Shown here one piece after another: positions 42,395-53,603 of a DNA stretch of 64,000 nt. The translations under genes and the position numbers were made by a program. Source of the stretch: Nitrospirota bacterium. GTDB taxonomy: Bacteria > Nitrospirota > Nitrospiria > Nitrospirales > Nitrospiraceae. The notes beneath the pieces are model-generated. The model saw only the letters and a list, made by a program, of their open reading frames with translations, ran no database searches and was not told where the DNA came from. Within the stretch, counting starts at the first letter, position 1. Each line of letters begins with the position of its first letter. The stretch is taken from the NCBI GenBank assembly GCA_963701855.1, contig CAVPBK010000006.1, positions 192,001-256,000 of the forward strand, written 5' to 3'.

Positions 42395-43044
42395 GAGGTA
42401 GATCCTTTTCTCAAGCCCGACTTCCCGAACCGAGTCGCCAACTCCTGATAGACTTCTTGCGGCGTGATGCAGTGGTATCCCAACGCCACCAAGGTATGGA
42501 ACAACAGGTCCGCCGTTTCGTAAACAATTTCGTCTTTCTTCCCACCCTTCCCAGCAATCGCCACCTCGCCGGCTTCCTCCACGACTTTCTTCAATATCCG
42601 ATCGACCCCGCCCTCCAGCAGTTTGGAGGTATAGGACTCGCTCGAAGGCTGCTGCTTCCGCTCTTGGATCATCTGATAGAGACGTTCGAGAATTCCTCCC
42701 CAAGATTCGGACGTCTTCGTCTCCGGCGAATCCAGACGAGAAAAGAAGCAGGCCCGCTCTCCCGTGTGGCAGGTCGGACCAACCGGCTCAACTTTCACAA
42801 GAAGGGCATCGCCGTCACAATCGAGAAACAGATCTTTCAGCTGCAGCTTGTGGCCAGAGGTTCCACCCTTTTCCCACAGGGTCTGGCGTGATCGGCTCCA
42901 GAAGTGGACCGACTTCGTCTCGACAGTTTTCCGCAGTGCCTCCTGGTTCATGAAGGCCACCATCAGGACTGTGCCGTCCTGCCAATCCTGTACGACCGCC
43001 GGAATCAGCCCCTGCGCATCGAATTTTACTCGCCCCACATCCAT
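42391..43044 (-). CDS. hisIE: Bifunctional phosphoribosyl-AMP cyclohydrolase / phosphoribosyl-ATP diphosphatase
   Basis: WSRSR, DCDGD, CHTG..CF, SYT..L, KKV.EE, E.ADL. Confidence 0.96.
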   Translation of the reverse strand: MDVGRVKFDAQGLIPAVVQDWQDGTVLMVAFMNQEALRKTVETKSVHFWSRSRQTLWEKGGTSGHKLQLKDLFLDCDGDALLVKVEPVGPTCHTGERACFFSRLDSPETKTSESWGGILERLYQMIQERKQQPSSESYTSKLLEGGVDRILKKVVEEAGEVAIAGKGGKKDEIVYETADLLFHTLVALGYHCITPQEVYQELATRFGKSGLRKGSTS

Positions 43045-43805
43045 TATCGAACCGCTACTCCTTTCTGTCGAAGATAGGCTTTCGCCTCCTGAATCGTGTG
43101 CGTCCTGAAATGAAAAATAGACGCGGCTAATACCGCATCGGCCTTGCCCCTGATGAATCCATCGTAGAGGTGGTCTAAATTCCCCACACCGCCCGATGCT
43201 ATCACCGGAATCGACACAGCCTCAGACACAGCAGCTGTCAACGCGAGGTCGTATCCTCGCTGTTGTCCATCTTGATCCATACTCGTGAGCAAAATCTCAC
43301 CTGCCCCATACTGCACCATTTTCTTTGCCCATTCGACGGCGTCGAAACCGGTCGACTTGCGGCCACCATGGGTAAACACTTCCCACCCTGTCGCCGGTGC
43401 AGCGCGACGCTTGGCGTCGATCGCCACAACGATACATTGCGTCCCGAATCGCTCGGCCGCTTCTTTCACAAATTCAGGCCGTTGGACCGCTGCCGTATTG
43501 ATGCTCACCTTATCCGCGCCTGCATTCAACAGCGCCCGGATGTCCTCGAGCGTTCTCACTCCCCCGCCGACGGTCAGCGGCATGAACACTCGCGCCGCCG
43601 TTTGCTCGACCACGTCGATAATGGTCTTACGGTTCTCATGAGAGGCAGTGATGTCCAGGAAACAGAGTTCATCGGCTCCTTCATGATCGTAGGCTGTGGC
43701 CACTTCGACCGGATCTCCCGCATCGCGCAAATTCACAAAGCTCACGCCTTTGACGACGCGACCATCTTTGACATCGAGGCAGGGAATAATGCGTTTGGTC
43801 AACAT
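43044..43805 (-). CDS. hisF: Imidazole glycerol phosphate synthase cyclase subunit
   Basis: [23 protein letters not shown]. Confidence 0.97.
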   Translation of the reverse strand: MLTKRIIPCLDVKDGRVVKGVSFVNLRDAGDPVEVATAYDHEGADELCFLDITASHENRKTIIDVVEQTAARVFMPLTVGGGVRTLEDIRALLNAGADKVSINTAAVQRPEFVKEAAERFGTQCIVVAIDAKRRAAPATGWEVFTHGGRKSTGFDAVEWAKKMVQYGAGEILLTSMDQDGQQRGYDLALTAAVSEAVSIPVIASGGVGNLDHLYDGFIRGKADAVLAASIFHFRTHTIQEAKAYLRQKGVAVR

Positions 43806-43812
43806 GAGAACA

Positions 43813-43842
43813 CGTGAAGCCTGAAACGTGAAACGTGAAACG
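43813..43842. repeat. Short heptamer tandem repeat
   Basis: CGTGAAG CCTGAAA CGTGAAA CGTGAAA CG. Confidence 0.6.
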
Positions 43843-43863
43843 AACATGTCAGCAAAGAATTCA

Positions 43864-44589
43864 TCACGCCCCACGGAGAGCTGCGACGGCGGCCCGAAAG
43901 TCGAGTTTCCCGTCGTACAATGCTTTCCCCACAATCGCGCCTTCAACTCTTAGACCAAGAGCCTGCACAGCCCGCAGATCCTCAACCAGGGAAATACCTC
44001 CGGAGGCGATCACAGGGAAGGGCGACAACTCAACTACCTCCTGCAATGCCGCCAAATTCGGCCCGCCCAACATACCATCGCGGGCAATGTCCGTATAGAT
44101 CACGGCACCCAAGGCATACCCTGCCAACTCCTTGAGCAGGTCTGTTGCCTTCGTCTCCGATACCGCCGTCCACCCCTTGACCGCCACCTTCCCATCCCGC
44201 GCATCCAGTCCCAACAGAACCCGGCGAGGGAACTCCCGACAGGCCTTCTCCAAGAAAGACCGATCGGTCAAGGCCGCAGTGCCGAGCACCACCCTGGTCA
44301 CACCCGCCCCAAGATAGCGCCGCACTGTCTCAATCGATCGGATCCCTCCCCCGACCTGTATATTTAGGCTCACGGTGCGAATGATTGCTTCAATTTGGGA
44401 AAGATTACGCGGCTCCCCCTCCACAGCTCCATTCAGATCCACCACATGGATCAATGTCGCACCGCCTTGTTGCCATTGCCGCGCGACAGCCGGCACGTCA
44501 TCGGAATAGACCGTTTCAGCCGCCATGTCGCCCTGACGCAGCCGCACACAACGGCCATCCTTTAAATCAATAGCAGGAATAACGAGCAT
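43864..44589 (-). CDS. hisA: ProFAR isomerase
   Basis: [32 protein letters not shown]. Confidence 0.97.
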   Translation of the reverse strand: MLVIPAIDLKDGRCVRLRQGDMAAETVYSDDVPAVARQWQQGGATLIHVVDLNGAVEGEPRNLSQIEAIIRTVSLNIQVGGGIRSIETVRRYLGAGVTRVVLGTAALTDRSFLEKACREFPRRVLLGLDARDGKVAVKGWTAVSETKATDLLKELAGYALGAVIYTDIARDGMLGGPNLAALQEVVELSPFPVIASGGISLVEDLRAVQALGLRVEGAIVGKALYDGKLDFRAAVAALRGA

Positions 44590-44607
44590 ACAAAGAACCG
44601 CTTCCTC

Positions 44608-45366
44608 TCAGTGCTCTCCGACCGTTCCAAACGGAAACTCGTGTAGCATATGTTCAACTCCATACGCGGCCAGCTCTTCCGCCGTAACAAACATACCCCT
44701 GCGTTGGATAAATCCCATCACGTCTTCGTTCATCGGCCGCTGCTTCTCATAGTAATTCCCTTCCCACAGGACTTTCCCGTCAGCCGCGACCACCTTGGCT
44801 TCAAACCCCACCGTGGCCGGTGGGCTGGCGCCAAAGCGACCACCGACTCGCTCCTGATACACCAACACTTGGCCGATCAGCGAAGCATCCGCTTTGAGTT
44901 GCTTTGCCATCGTCACCGCTGGTGACTGACCGACGGAAGGCTGCGACGCCGCCTGAGACGTAAGCGCTTTCGCTGCCTCACTCGGCGAAAGTACGGTCAC
45001 GCCCTGCCGCGCTTGTAACCGGCTCCACAGTAGCTGCGTGACGATGTCTCCAGCGCCAGTCGGCACTGTGACTGTTTGGCTGAGAGGCCGTTCGATATTC
45101 AGCGGCACCGCCCTCCCAATATCAGACCTGAGAACGTCGGGCGGCACGGAGAAGGTCTGATCGGCGACGTCCCTCGCCTGTGGCGTCGCGAGAGTCGTAA
45201 ACGGTACCAAGGCGATGGTATGAATCTGATAGCGTGGCAATTCTGCGGACAATTTTGTGGTCACTTTCGACCCGCTGCACCCGGCAATCATCAGTACGAG
45301 AACCGCCAGCGCGAACGCGCGAAGCATTAGGCGCAGGGAGACGGTTCGCTTGTTTAGCATTCTCAC
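44608..45366 (-). CDS. Hypothetical lipoprotein within the his operon
   Basis: Lipobox IAGC; IALVPF, ADA.LIG.V and G.VLW patterns suggest a CsgG/LpoB-like fold. Confidence 0.75.
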   Translation of the reverse strand: MRMLNKRTVSLRLMLRAFALAVLVLMIAGCSGSKVTTKLSAELPRYQIHTIALVPFTTLATPQARDVADQTFSVPPDVLRSDIGRAVPLNIERPLSQTVTVPTGAGDIVTQLLWSRLQARQGVTVLSPSEAAKALTSQAASQPSVGQSPAVTMAKQLKADASLIGQVLVYQERVGGRFGASPPATVGFEAKVVAADGKVLWEGNYYEKQRPMNEDVMGFIQRRGMFVTAEELAAYGVEHMLHEFPFGTVGEH

Positions 45367-45397
45367 CAGTTCACCCCTCAGGCCTCACCCCCGACAT

Positions 45398-46009
45398 CTA
45401 TGCGTGCCAGGATCCAAAATTTTTGATCAACTGTAGCCCTACAGCCTGACTCTTTTCAGGATGGAACTGACAGGCCACCACATTGTCACGCCAGATGCTC
45501 GAGACAAACGGGATACCGTATGTGGTAGTCGTCGCTGCGATTTGCCGGTCGACCGGGTCGACAAAATACGAATGCACAAAATACCAATGGTCTCCGTCCA
45601 CAATCCCATCAAACAACGGACAAGGCCGCTGAATGTTGACCTGATTCCAGCCCATGTGAGGAACTTTCAGTGTAGGATCGATCTCAAACCGCCTGACCCT
45701 GCCAGATATGATGCCGAGACCCTTGTGAGTCCCGAATTCTTCGCTTTCCTCAAACAGCAATTGGAGTCCCAAGCAGATTCCCAGAAATGGTTTTCCCGAC
45801 TGAATCGCTGTACGAATCGGCTCCGCCAACCCATAACGCTCGACGTTGGCCATGCAATCGCCGAACGCCCCGACACCAGGCAAGACGACATGACTCGCAT
45901 TCCCGATCACGCGCAGATCACGCGTGACCACCGCCTGATGCCCCACCGCCTCAAAGGCCTTGGAGACACTGCGGAGATTGCCCATGCCGTAGTCGATGAT
46001 CGCGATCAT
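45398..46009 (-). CDS. hisH: Imidazole glycerol phosphate synthase glutaminase subunit
   Basis: DYGMGNL, PGVG, GICLG, QFHPEKS. Confidence 0.97.
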   Translation of the reverse strand: MIAIIDYGMGNLRSVSKAFEAVGHQAVVTRDLRVIGNASHVVLPGVGAFGDCMANVERYGLAEPIRTAIQSGKPFLGICLGLQLLFEESEEFGTHKGLGIISGRVRRFEIDPTLKVPHMGWNQVNIQRPCPLFDGIVDGDHWYFVHSYFVDPVDRQIAATTTTYGIPFVSSIWRDNVVACQFHPEKSQAVGLQLIKNFGSWHA

Positions 46010-46237
46010 GCAAGCCTGCCAAATCTCAGGAAGGTGTAACAATACCGCAACCAGCGCCGTCCTGCCACTGCCAAACTGACCAGAAAAAATGTGGAGGCTT
46101 AAAACTTAGACTAATGAAGCCTACGCCTGTTCAGCCACAATGGGGAACGAGCAGGCAAACGAGGAAGGTCTCAGCTATTACCACAAAACCAAACCAATAC
46201 CTTGCGCTACTCACGGAGCTATTGCTGGTGGCTCCAG

Positions 46238-47207
46238 TTATTCAACCCACTTTGGCTTTCGTTCTCGCTTTCCGAAAACCATCTCAAAGACAACAGACTC
46301 ATCTTCTCCTGCACCAATTCTGTCGAAACGTATGGTTGGCGACAACTCGGCGTGTTCACGTATAAGTCGTTCCTGTCCTTCCTTTTGCGCAAAGATGGCC
46401 TGAGACCCGAAACGACAGACTTGCCGATTAATCATCTCGACTAAACCCGTATCCGACAAATCTGCTATTCCCAGTCCCTCTGACACAAACCGATCCCGCC
46501 ACGACGAGTGCCCATAGATAATGAGTGACGGACTAACCGGAAAGAGCAAGACAACCGGTCCATCAGGCCGAAAAACATATGGCCGCAGATCAGCATCCTG
46601 AACAGAAGGGTCGAACCAGATTACCGGATTATCACTGGTCAAAAACGGAACATCGGTCTTGTTATGCGTCGCATAAAAACCAATCTGATCGAACACCTGG
46701 CCAGTGGCTTGCATCACGGTAACCATAGACGTGAATGGATTGGTGGGGATTGATCGACACTTCAACATGGTCAAGAATATCTTCTAAGCCCTCAGGCTTC
46801 GGGGCTAGTTTCCCTTCCACATCCAACCGCCGAGCCGCAGCCATTACACCTTCTGCATGTATCCTCTCTGTTATATCGCGACTGGCTGGGACGCGCGCCC
46901 TCTGCAACGCCATGAATTGAAAGATCTCTTCCAGAGAATTATTGACATTCTCTAAGCGATGAAGTCGCTCGACGATCCCCGGCCACTTATCTTCCATACT
47001 TGAAAAGCAATCCTCGAGAGCATTGTGGTCTTTCCCACCATCAGGTCTCGGCTGAGAGTAGTAGTACTTGTGAAAGCCTACGTTGTCCGGCGACATCTGG
47101 ATTTCTTTGCCCGGATCATCCTTACGATAGACACGTACTTGCCCTGCCTCGTCACAGAAGAATTTCAGATAGGATTTCGGGATGTAATGATGACGTTTCT
47201 TGTTCAT
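46238..47207 (-). pseudogene. DUF4238 domain protein, frameshifted at ~46725-46775
   Basis: N-terminal HHYIP..YLK.F in one frame; FLTSDNPV and FPVSP in the next. Confidence 0.8.
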
Positions 47208-47267
47208 GGCAGCAGAATACGTTTCAACTCTGCAATCGAAAAAATTCCCGCGTTGCCGATGGAATAC

Positions 47268-47302
47268 AAAGGGCAGGCTCCTTCTCAGAAACCTGCCCCT
47301 TT
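47268..47302 (-). terminator. Hairpin downstream of hisB (possible terminator)
   Basis: Minus strand GGGCAGGTTTCT...AGGAGCCTGCCC followed by TTTG. Confidence 0.5.
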
Positions 47303-47333
47303 AGACCAACACATTTTGATAATCCTCTTCGAA

Positions 47334-47942
47334 CTACAACATCCCCTTCGTCGATAGCACCTTACCAGCCAGCCGCCCTTCCAACATCGTCGCCTGATCG
47401 AGGGCCTTGGCCAGCGCCTTGAAGATGGCCTCCATGATGTGGTGCGGGTTGCGGCCATACATGAGGTTCACATGAAGATTGAGCCCGCCGTGGGTGACGA
47501 AGGCCTGGAAGAAATCCTCGAACAGGCCTAGGTCGAATGCTTTAATCTTCCGATCCGGCAACAATACGTTGTAGACGAGATAGGGTCTGCCGCTGAGATC
47601 GACTGTGACTTGCGCCAGCGTTTCATCAAGCGGTGCCGAGGCGAATCCAAATCGCTTGATCCCGGCCTTTTCGCCCAATGCCTGATGCAGAGCCTTGCCC
47701 ATGACGATGCCGACATCTTCGACCGTGTGGTGCTCGTCAATGTCGATGTCGCCTTTGGCCTGGACGGTCAGGTCGAAGAAGCCGTGCTTAGACAGCAGCT
47801 CCAGCATGTGGTCGAAGAAGCGAATTCCTGTATCGATCTTTCCCTGGCCGCTGCCGTCCAGCGTCCATTCGACATGGATATCCGTTTCCTTCGTGGCACG
47901 ATGAATCGATGCCTGTCGTGATGCCGATCCGTTTTTCTTCAT
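47334..47942 (-). CDS. hisB: Imidazoleglycerol-phosphate dehydratase
   Basis: FFDHML, D.HHTVED, N.HH..EA.FKA, STKG. Confidence 0.97.
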   Translation of the reverse strand: MKKNGSASRQASIHRATKETDIHVEWTLDGSGQGKIDTGIRFFDHMLELLSKHGFFDLTVQAKGDIDIDEHHTVEDVGIVMGKALHQALGEKAGIKRFGFASAPLDETLAQVTVDLSGRPYLVYNVLLPDRKIKAFDLGLFEDFFQAFVTHGGLNLHVNLMYGRNPHHIMEAIFKALAKALDQATMLEGRLAGKVLSTKGML

Positions 47943-49222
47943 GAGAACCTGCTCTGGGCCGACTTGGCATGCGCGTCGAACCCTTCGATGTGAGCCAACC
48001 GAACGAGATGATCTTTGACCTTGCTCAATTCCTCACGCGTATAGTGCACGATGTTGCTCACCTTGATGTAATCGTGGACGGAGAGTGCCGAAAAAAAACG
48101 CGCCGTCCCGCCGGTCGGCAAGACATGATTCGGGCCGGCAATGTAATCCGCAACCGATGGTGGAGTGTACCGGCCCAAAAAGAGCGCCCCCGCGTGCCGG
48201 ATTTTTTCTAAATAGTCGAACGGCTCATCGACCGAGAGGGTCAAATGTTCCGGGGCAATCTCGTTGGCCACATCAATGGCTTCGTCCATCGTAGTGACCA
48301 CGAAAGCCACCGAATGGCGCGCGATGGACTTTGCTGCAATCTTTTCCCGTTGGAGCCCCTTCAACTGGCTATCGATGAGCCTCACCACGTGCTTTGCTAA
48401 CTGGGCCGAGGTTGTGACGAGATAGACCTGCGCGTCTTCGTCATGCTCCGCTTCGCAGAGAAGATCGGCTGCGACATGCGCCGGCTTGGCATCGCCATCT
48501 GCGACGATGAGCAATTCGCTTGGACCTGCCACCATGTCGATCCCAACCGTGCCGTAGAGAAGTCGCTTGGCCGTCGCAACATATATATTGCCGGGACCCA
48601 CAATTTTGTCGACACGTTGGATCGTCTGGGTCCCATAGGCCATCGCTCCAATCGCTTGCACGCCCCCGACGCGATAGATCTCCGTAACGCCGGAGATATC
48701 AGCTGCGACCAATAAATAGGGATTGATTGGGCCTTTTTGTGGTGGTGTACACATCACCACACGGGAAACACCCGCAACCTTGGCCGGAATCGCACACATC
48801 AAGACCGACGAGGGATAGACGGCCTTACCGCCCGGCACATACACCCCGACTGCATCGACCGGCGTGACTACCTGCCCCAGCGTCGCCTCGTTGTCCTGAT
48901 ACATCCAAGTCTTGATGCGCTGGCGTTCATGGAACGACGTGATCCGCTTGGCCGCAAACCGGAGTGCGTCGCCCTCGTCTTTCCGGATATGGAAGTAGGC
49001 CTCTTTGATTTCTTCAGGGGAGACACGCAGCCCCGTATCTTTCATGGAGACACGGTCAAACTGTTTGGTATAGCGGAGGACGGCCTTATCGCCCCCCCGT
49101 TCCACAGCTTGCAAAATCGACTTGACGGTCTTCTCGACAGCCGCCCCCTGCACACGGGCGCGCGACGCCACTTTCTTGAGTGCAGGGAGGAAGGCTCGTT
49201 CGGTGGAGGCCACAATCTTCAT
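47939..49222 (-). CDS. hisD: Histidinol dehydrogenase
   Basis: [29 protein letters not shown]. Confidence 0.97.
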   Translation of the reverse strand: MKIVASTERAFLPALKKVASRARVQGAAVEKTVKSILQAVERGGDKAVLRYTKQFDRVSMKDTGLRVSPEEIKEAYFHIRKDEGDALRFAAKRITSFHERQRIKTWMYQDNEATLGQVVTPVDAVGVYVPGGKAVYPSSVLMCAIPAKVAGVSRVVMCTPPQKGPINPYLLVAADISGVTEIYRVGGVQAIGAMAYGTQTIQRVDKIVGPGNIYVATAKRLLYGTVGIDMVAGPSELLIVADGDAKPAHVAADLLCEAEHDEDAQVYLVTTSAQLAKHVVRLIDSQLKGLQREKIAAKSIARHSVAFVVTTMDEAIDVANEIAPEHLTLSVDEPFDYLEKIRHAGALFLGRYTPPSVADYIAGPNHVLPTGGTARFFSALSVHDYIKVSNIVHYTREELSKVKDHLVRLAHIEGFDAHAKSAQSRFS

Positions 49223-49923
49223 GTGCGCGTCCTTCTAACCGTTCGACGTACCCCACGCGACGACTTGCATGGCGCAGCTGTTCGAAACCCGGCTGATGTG
49301 CTGCTCACAGCCCTGAGCTTTTTAATCAGCTCTGTGACCACCGCATGCTTCAGCTTCAGACTCGCTCGATTGACGACCAACCGAGCCGTGGACTGCGCGA
49401 TGCACTCCACTTCGACAAGGTCATGCGCCTTGAGCGTGTTGCCTGTCTCGACCAGATCGACGATCCGATCGGCCAGGCCAACCAACGGCGCCAGTTCAAT
49501 CGAACCGTACAATTTGACGATTTCGACCGACACACCGCGCTGATTGAAATACCGCTCGGTGATCTTCGGATACTTGGTCGCCACCCGAATTTTCGAGGAC
49601 AGCCGGTCGCGTGAGGCCTGCCCCTTGAGTGCAGCGACGGCGATTCTACACGCTCCTATTCCTAAATCCAATGGCTCGTAAACGTCACTGTCCTGCTCCA
49701 TCAAAACGTCTTTCCCAACAATTCCGACATCCGCCGCGCCATATTCCACATAGGTCGGCACATCGGTCGGTCGCACGATCAGGAAAGTCATGCCGATCTC
49801 TGGACAGGGGAACACCAGCCGGCGACTCTCGGTGGAGAGGCTGCCCAGTGCATATCCCGCTCGACGAAAGACGTCCAGCGTGAGATCCAACATTTTCCCC
49901 TTCGACAAGGCAATCGTCAGCAT
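49219..49923 (-). CDS. hisG: ATP phosphoribosyltransferase (short form)
   Basis: IALSKG, ATKYP, GSIELAP, DLVETG.TL; no C-terminal ACT domain. Confidence 0.95.
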   Translation of the reverse strand: MLTIALSKGKMLDLTLDVFRRAGYALGSLSTESRRLVFPCPEIGMTFLIVRPTDVPTYVEYGAADVGIVGKDVLMEQDSDVYEPLDLGIGACRIAVAALKGQASRDRLSSKIRVATKYPKITERYFNQRGVSVEIVKLYGSIELAPLVGLADRIVDLVETGNTLKAHDLVEVECIAQSTARLVVNRASLKLKHAVVTELIKKLRAVSSTSAGFRTAAPCKSSRGVRRTVRRTRT

Positions 49924-49927
49924 GATG

Positions 49928-51205
49928 TCAGCAAGTCTCGTCCGGCGCCGCTCCCTCTTTGTGGCGGGTGATCGTCGCACCTAACCCATGCAGTTTTTCT
50001 TCCATCCGCTCATAGCCACGATCTAGATGGTAAACGCGGAGAATCTCCGTCGTGCCATCGGCCGCAAGCCCAGCCAATACCAACCCTGCGCTCGCACGAA
50101 GATCAGACGCCATCACCGGAGCCCCGGCCAACCTGGTCGGTCCAGTCACCACCGCCCGATTGCCTTCAACCTTGATCTCGGCGCCCATCCTTCGCAGCTC
50201 CTCGACATGCATGAAGCGGCTTTCAAAGACCGTCTCCGTAATCACACTCATACCTTCGGCGGCTGTCATCAAGGCCACCATCTGCGCCTGCATGTCGGTG
50301 GGGAACCCGGGATAGGGCAACGTCCGGATGTCGATCCCCTTGAGCCGCGATGCCGCGTTAAGATGAATCCGTTCCTTCTCCACCTGCATCTCGACACCGG
50401 TTTCCCGCAGCTTCAGCAGCAAGGCGTCCAAGTGATGCGGACGGCACCGATTGAGCGTTACCGCTCCCCGAGTAATGGCCCCAGCCACCAAATACGTGCC
50501 GGCTTCAATGCGATCGGGAATAACGTCATGATCACTCCCGTGCAACTCACGAACACCTTCGATCGTGATAACATCCGACCCAGCACCGTCGATGCGAGCC
50601 CCTCGCTTCATGAGAAAATTTGCGAGGTCCACGATCTCCGGTTCCTTCGCGGCATTTTCTATAACTGTGGTCCCTTGGGCAAGCGACGCAGCCATCATCA
50701 AATTTTCCGTTCCGGTGACCGTCGGCGTGTCGCAATAGATCTGTGCGCCTGTCAGCCGCTTCGCTTTAGCCCGAATATACCCATGTTCAATTGAAACTTC
50801 CGCACCCATTTTGGCTAGTCCTGCAAGGTGGAGATTGACGGGCCGCGACCCGATCGCGCAGCCGCCGGGCATCGACACCGTGGCTTCTCCCCATCGTGCC
50901 AGCAGCGGTCCCAGCACCAGTACAGAGGCTCGCATGGTCTTCACAAGATCGTACGGAGCCTGGGTCGAAGTGATCACCGCAGCGTTGATGACTGCGCGAT
51001 TTCCCTCATATTGAACCTTGGCGCCCAATATGCCCAACAACTTGCCCATGGTGACGACATCCACCACGCGAGGCACGTTGGTGATCACGCACTCGCCACC
51101 ACCGAGAATGGTGGAGGCCAAAATCGGCAACGCAGCGTTCTTCGCCCCACTGATCTGAACCTCTCCTCGAAGCGGCGTCCCACCGGTGATGACTGTACGA
51201 TCCAT
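49928..51205 (-). CDS. murA: UDP-N-acetylglucosamine 1-carboxyvinyltransferase
   Basis: [31 protein letters not shown]. Confidence 0.98.
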   Translation of the reverse strand: MDRTVITGGTPLRGEVQISGAKNAALPILASTILGGGECVITNVPRVVDVVTMGKLLGILGAKVQYEGNRAVINAAVITSTQAPYDLVKTMRASVLVLGPLLARWGEATVSMPGGCAIGSRPVNLHLAGLAKMGAEVSIEHGYIRAKAKRLTGAQIYCDTPTVTGTENLMMAASLAQGTTVIENAAKEPEIVDLANFLMKRGARIDGAGSDVITIEGVRELHGSDHDVIPDRIEAGTYLVAGAITRGAVTLNRCRPHHLDALLLKLRETGVEMQVEKERIHLNAASRLKGIDIRTLPYPGFPTDMQAQMVALMTAAEGMSVITETVFESRFMHVEELRRMGAEIKVEGNRAVVTGPTRLAGAPVMASDLRASAGLVLAGLAADGTTEILRVYHLDRGYERMEEKLHGLGATITRHKEGAAPDETC

Positions 51206-51214
51206 CGTCTGCCC

Positions 51215-52120
51215 CTACCTGCCTGCTCGCTCGACAATCACCACACGCTCAAGCCCCGCTTCGTCGTAAACCAGCCGGTGGAATCTATACCCTGGTATCT
51301 GCTCGACAATCCGGCGCATCGCACGAGACTGCCCGGCACCGATTTCCATAATCAATGCGCCTGAGGGAGAGAGGTATCGATCGGCCTCCCGCAGCAACCG
51401 TTCGTGCAACTCTGTCCCCTGAGGCCCCGCTACCAGCGCACCACGCGGTTCAAATAATCGCACTTCCGGCTGAAGTGTCGCCCAATCATCCTCCGCAATA
51501 TAGGGGGGATTCGAGACAATGACGTCAATCCGCCCTTCCAGCCCCTTCTCGGCTAATGGCCTCAGCAGGTCGCCTTCCAACCATGTGATGCGCTCGCATA
51601 CCTCATGGCGCGTGGCATTCTGCCTAGCGACAGCAAGAGAGGGATTTGATAGATCGGTTGCGATCACTTTCGCACGAGGCCTCAGCCGCGCAATCGTCAC
51701 GGCAATGCACCCGGACCCCGTGCAGACATCGACGATGGTGGCCTGCCGCTCGGCGGAAGTCCGCTGTGCGACATACTCCACCAGCAATTCGGTCTCCGGC
51801 CTCGGGATAAGCACTGCCGGATTCACGTGAAACTCCAACCCACAAAACTCCTGGGTTCCCAAAATATATTGCAAGGGTTCACGACCAACCCGCCGCTCAA
51901 GCAGCCCTCTCGTGGCCATGAGTTCGGTAACAGACAGTACATGGTCTCGCTTGGTAAGCACATGATGTACAGGAAGCCGGAGCACATGCTCCACGATCCA
52001 CAACGCTTCCTGCTCTGCTCTCTCGATACCAGCCTGCTCCAATAGCCGTCGCGCCTCGGCTATTACCTCACCGAACGTCGCCTGGCCCGTTGACTGCGAA
52101 ATGGGGACAATCACATCCAT
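51215..52120 (-). CDS. prmC: Release factor glutamine methyltransferase
   Basis: LIPRPETE, D.CTGSG, NPPY. Confidence 0.96.
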   Translation of the reverse strand: MDVIVPISQSTGQATFGEVIAEARRLLEQAGIERAEQEALWIVEHVLRLPVHHVLTKRDHVLSVTELMATRGLLERRVGREPLQYILGTQEFCGLEFHVNPAVLIPRPETELLVEYVAQRTSAERQATIVDVCTGSGCIAVTIARLRPRAKVIATDLSNPSLAVARQNATRHEVCERITWLEGDLLRPLAEKGLEGRIDVIVSNPPYIAEDDWATLQPEVRLFEPRGALVAGPQGTELHERLLREADRYLSPSGALIMEIGAGQSRAMRRIVEQIPGYRFHRLVYDEAGLERVVIVERAGR

Positions 52121-52121
52121 G

Positions 52122-53198
52122 TTACGCCGCACCCACTTCTTGCTGATGTTGCGCCTTCAAGGCCTGAACGAGTTCACCGAGATCGCCCTCGAGCACCTGC
52201 TCCAACTTATGCAAGGTCACACCGACACGATGATCCGTTACACGATTTTGGGGGAAATTGTAGGTGCGAATTTTCTCGCTTCGCTCGCCCGTACCCACCT
52301 GAGCCTTGCGATTCTGGGCGATTTCCGCTTCCTGTCTCTCCCGCTCCGCCTCGACGATTCTGGCCCGCAAGGTCCGCATTGCCTTGTTGCGATTCTTCAG
52401 CTGCGACCGTTCATCCTGGCAACTCACTACAACACCGGTCGGGACATGGGTGATCCGCACCGCTGACTTTGTTGTATTGACGCTCTGGCCTCCGGCGCCG
52501 GATGAGCAGAAGGTGTCGATCCGGAGATCCATGGGATCGATATGCACATCGACCTCGTCCACCTCAGGCATAACGGCGACGGTGACGGTCGAGGTATGAA
52601 TCCGGCCACTGGCCTCAGTGACGGGAACACGCTGAACTCGGTGGACCCCCGCCTCGAATTTGAAATGGCTATAGGCGCCCTTGCCTTCTATCAATGCAAC
52701 GACCCCCTTGTAGCCTCCGCCTGTGGTTTCTGCGGCTTCGACCATATCCACCTTGAATCCTTTGACCTCGGCATACTTGCTGTACATGCGGAACAATTCT
52801 CCGGCAAAAAGCGCTGCCTCGTCGCCGCCGGTCCCGGCGCGGATTTCAAGGAGCAGACTCTTCTCATCTCGCGGGTCTTTGGGAATAAGCAGCTCTTGGG
52901 CCTGCTGTTCGATCTCGTGCTGCTGATGTTCGAGCGTGGCACTTTCTTCCGTCGCCATCTTGTGCAATTCAACCCCGGCTGTGGGATCGGCAAGAATTTG
53001 CGCAGCTTCCTCTAGCTGTCTTGCATTGGCTCGATAAGTGGCGAGAAGCTTGGCCACCGGCTCGATATCCGTTCGCTCCTTATTCACCTTGTGCAACTGC
53101 GAAGGCTGACTCATCATGGACGGGTCCATAAGCTGATTCGTCAACTCATCGTATCGAGTGGCCAGCACTTCCCATTTTTTCAGTAAGACTGCTTCCAT
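52122..53198 (-). CDS. prfA: Peptide chain release factor 1
   Basis: PVT anticodon-mimic, GGQ, RTYNFPQ. Confidence 0.97.
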   Translation of the reverse strand: MEAVLLKKWEVLATRYDELTNQLMDPSMMSQPSQLHKVNKERTDIEPVAKLLATYRANARQLEEAAQILADPTAGVELHKMATEESATLEHQQHEIEQQAQELLIPKDPRDEKSLLLEIRAGTGGDEAALFAGELFRMYSKYAEVKGFKVDMVEAAETTGGGYKGVVALIEGKGAYSHFKFEAGVHRVQRVPVTEASGRIHTSTVTVAVMPEVDEVDVHIDPMDLRIDTFCSSGAGGQSVNTTKSAVRITHVPTGVVVSCQDERSQLKNRNKAMRTLRARIVEAERERQEAEIAQNRKAQVGTGERSEKIRTYNFPQNRVTDHRVGVTLHKLEQVLEGDLGELVQALKAQHQQEVGAA

Positions 53199-53239
53199 GG
53201 CTCCGTTTCCCGCCGATTCGCGCTCAATCCCTTGCGCAC

Positions 53240-53277
53240 AAAAACAAAGAGACCCTGCCCCTCAGCGAAGCAGGGTC
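53240..53277 (-). terminator. Intrinsic terminator after rpmE
   Basis: Minus strand GACCCTGC...GCAGGGTC followed by TCTTTGTTTTT. Confidence 0.7.
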
Positions 53278-53299
53278 CCTCGTATGGCCTCTACTCGAT

Positions 53300-53506
53300 C
53301 TACTTGTCTTTCTTCGCGTACTTCTTTTTGAATCGTTCAACACGCCCTTCGGTATCAATGATCTTCTGCGTCCCCGTGAAAAACGGATGGCAGTTTGAAC
53401 AGATATCGACATTGATATCGCCACCCGTCGATCGAGTCTTATATTTGTTGCCGCAGGCGCAATGCACTGCAACTTCCCGATACACGGGATGAATACCCTT
53501 CTTCAT
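53300..53506 (-). CDS. rpmE: 50S ribosomal protein L31 (Zn-binding, C+ type)
   Basis: [27 protein letters not shown]. Confidence 0.97.
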   Translation of the reverse strand: MKKGIHPVYREVAVHCACGNKYKTRSTGGDINVDICSNCHPFFTGTQKIIDTEGRVERFKKKYAKKDK

Positions 53507-53603
53507 AATTCACACTCCCCCGACATCATAGTCATCATCAACCTTCTCCCATTCGAAGGCCCGTCACTGTACCCTGTCTCAACGACCAGATACAAGCCGG
53601 ATA

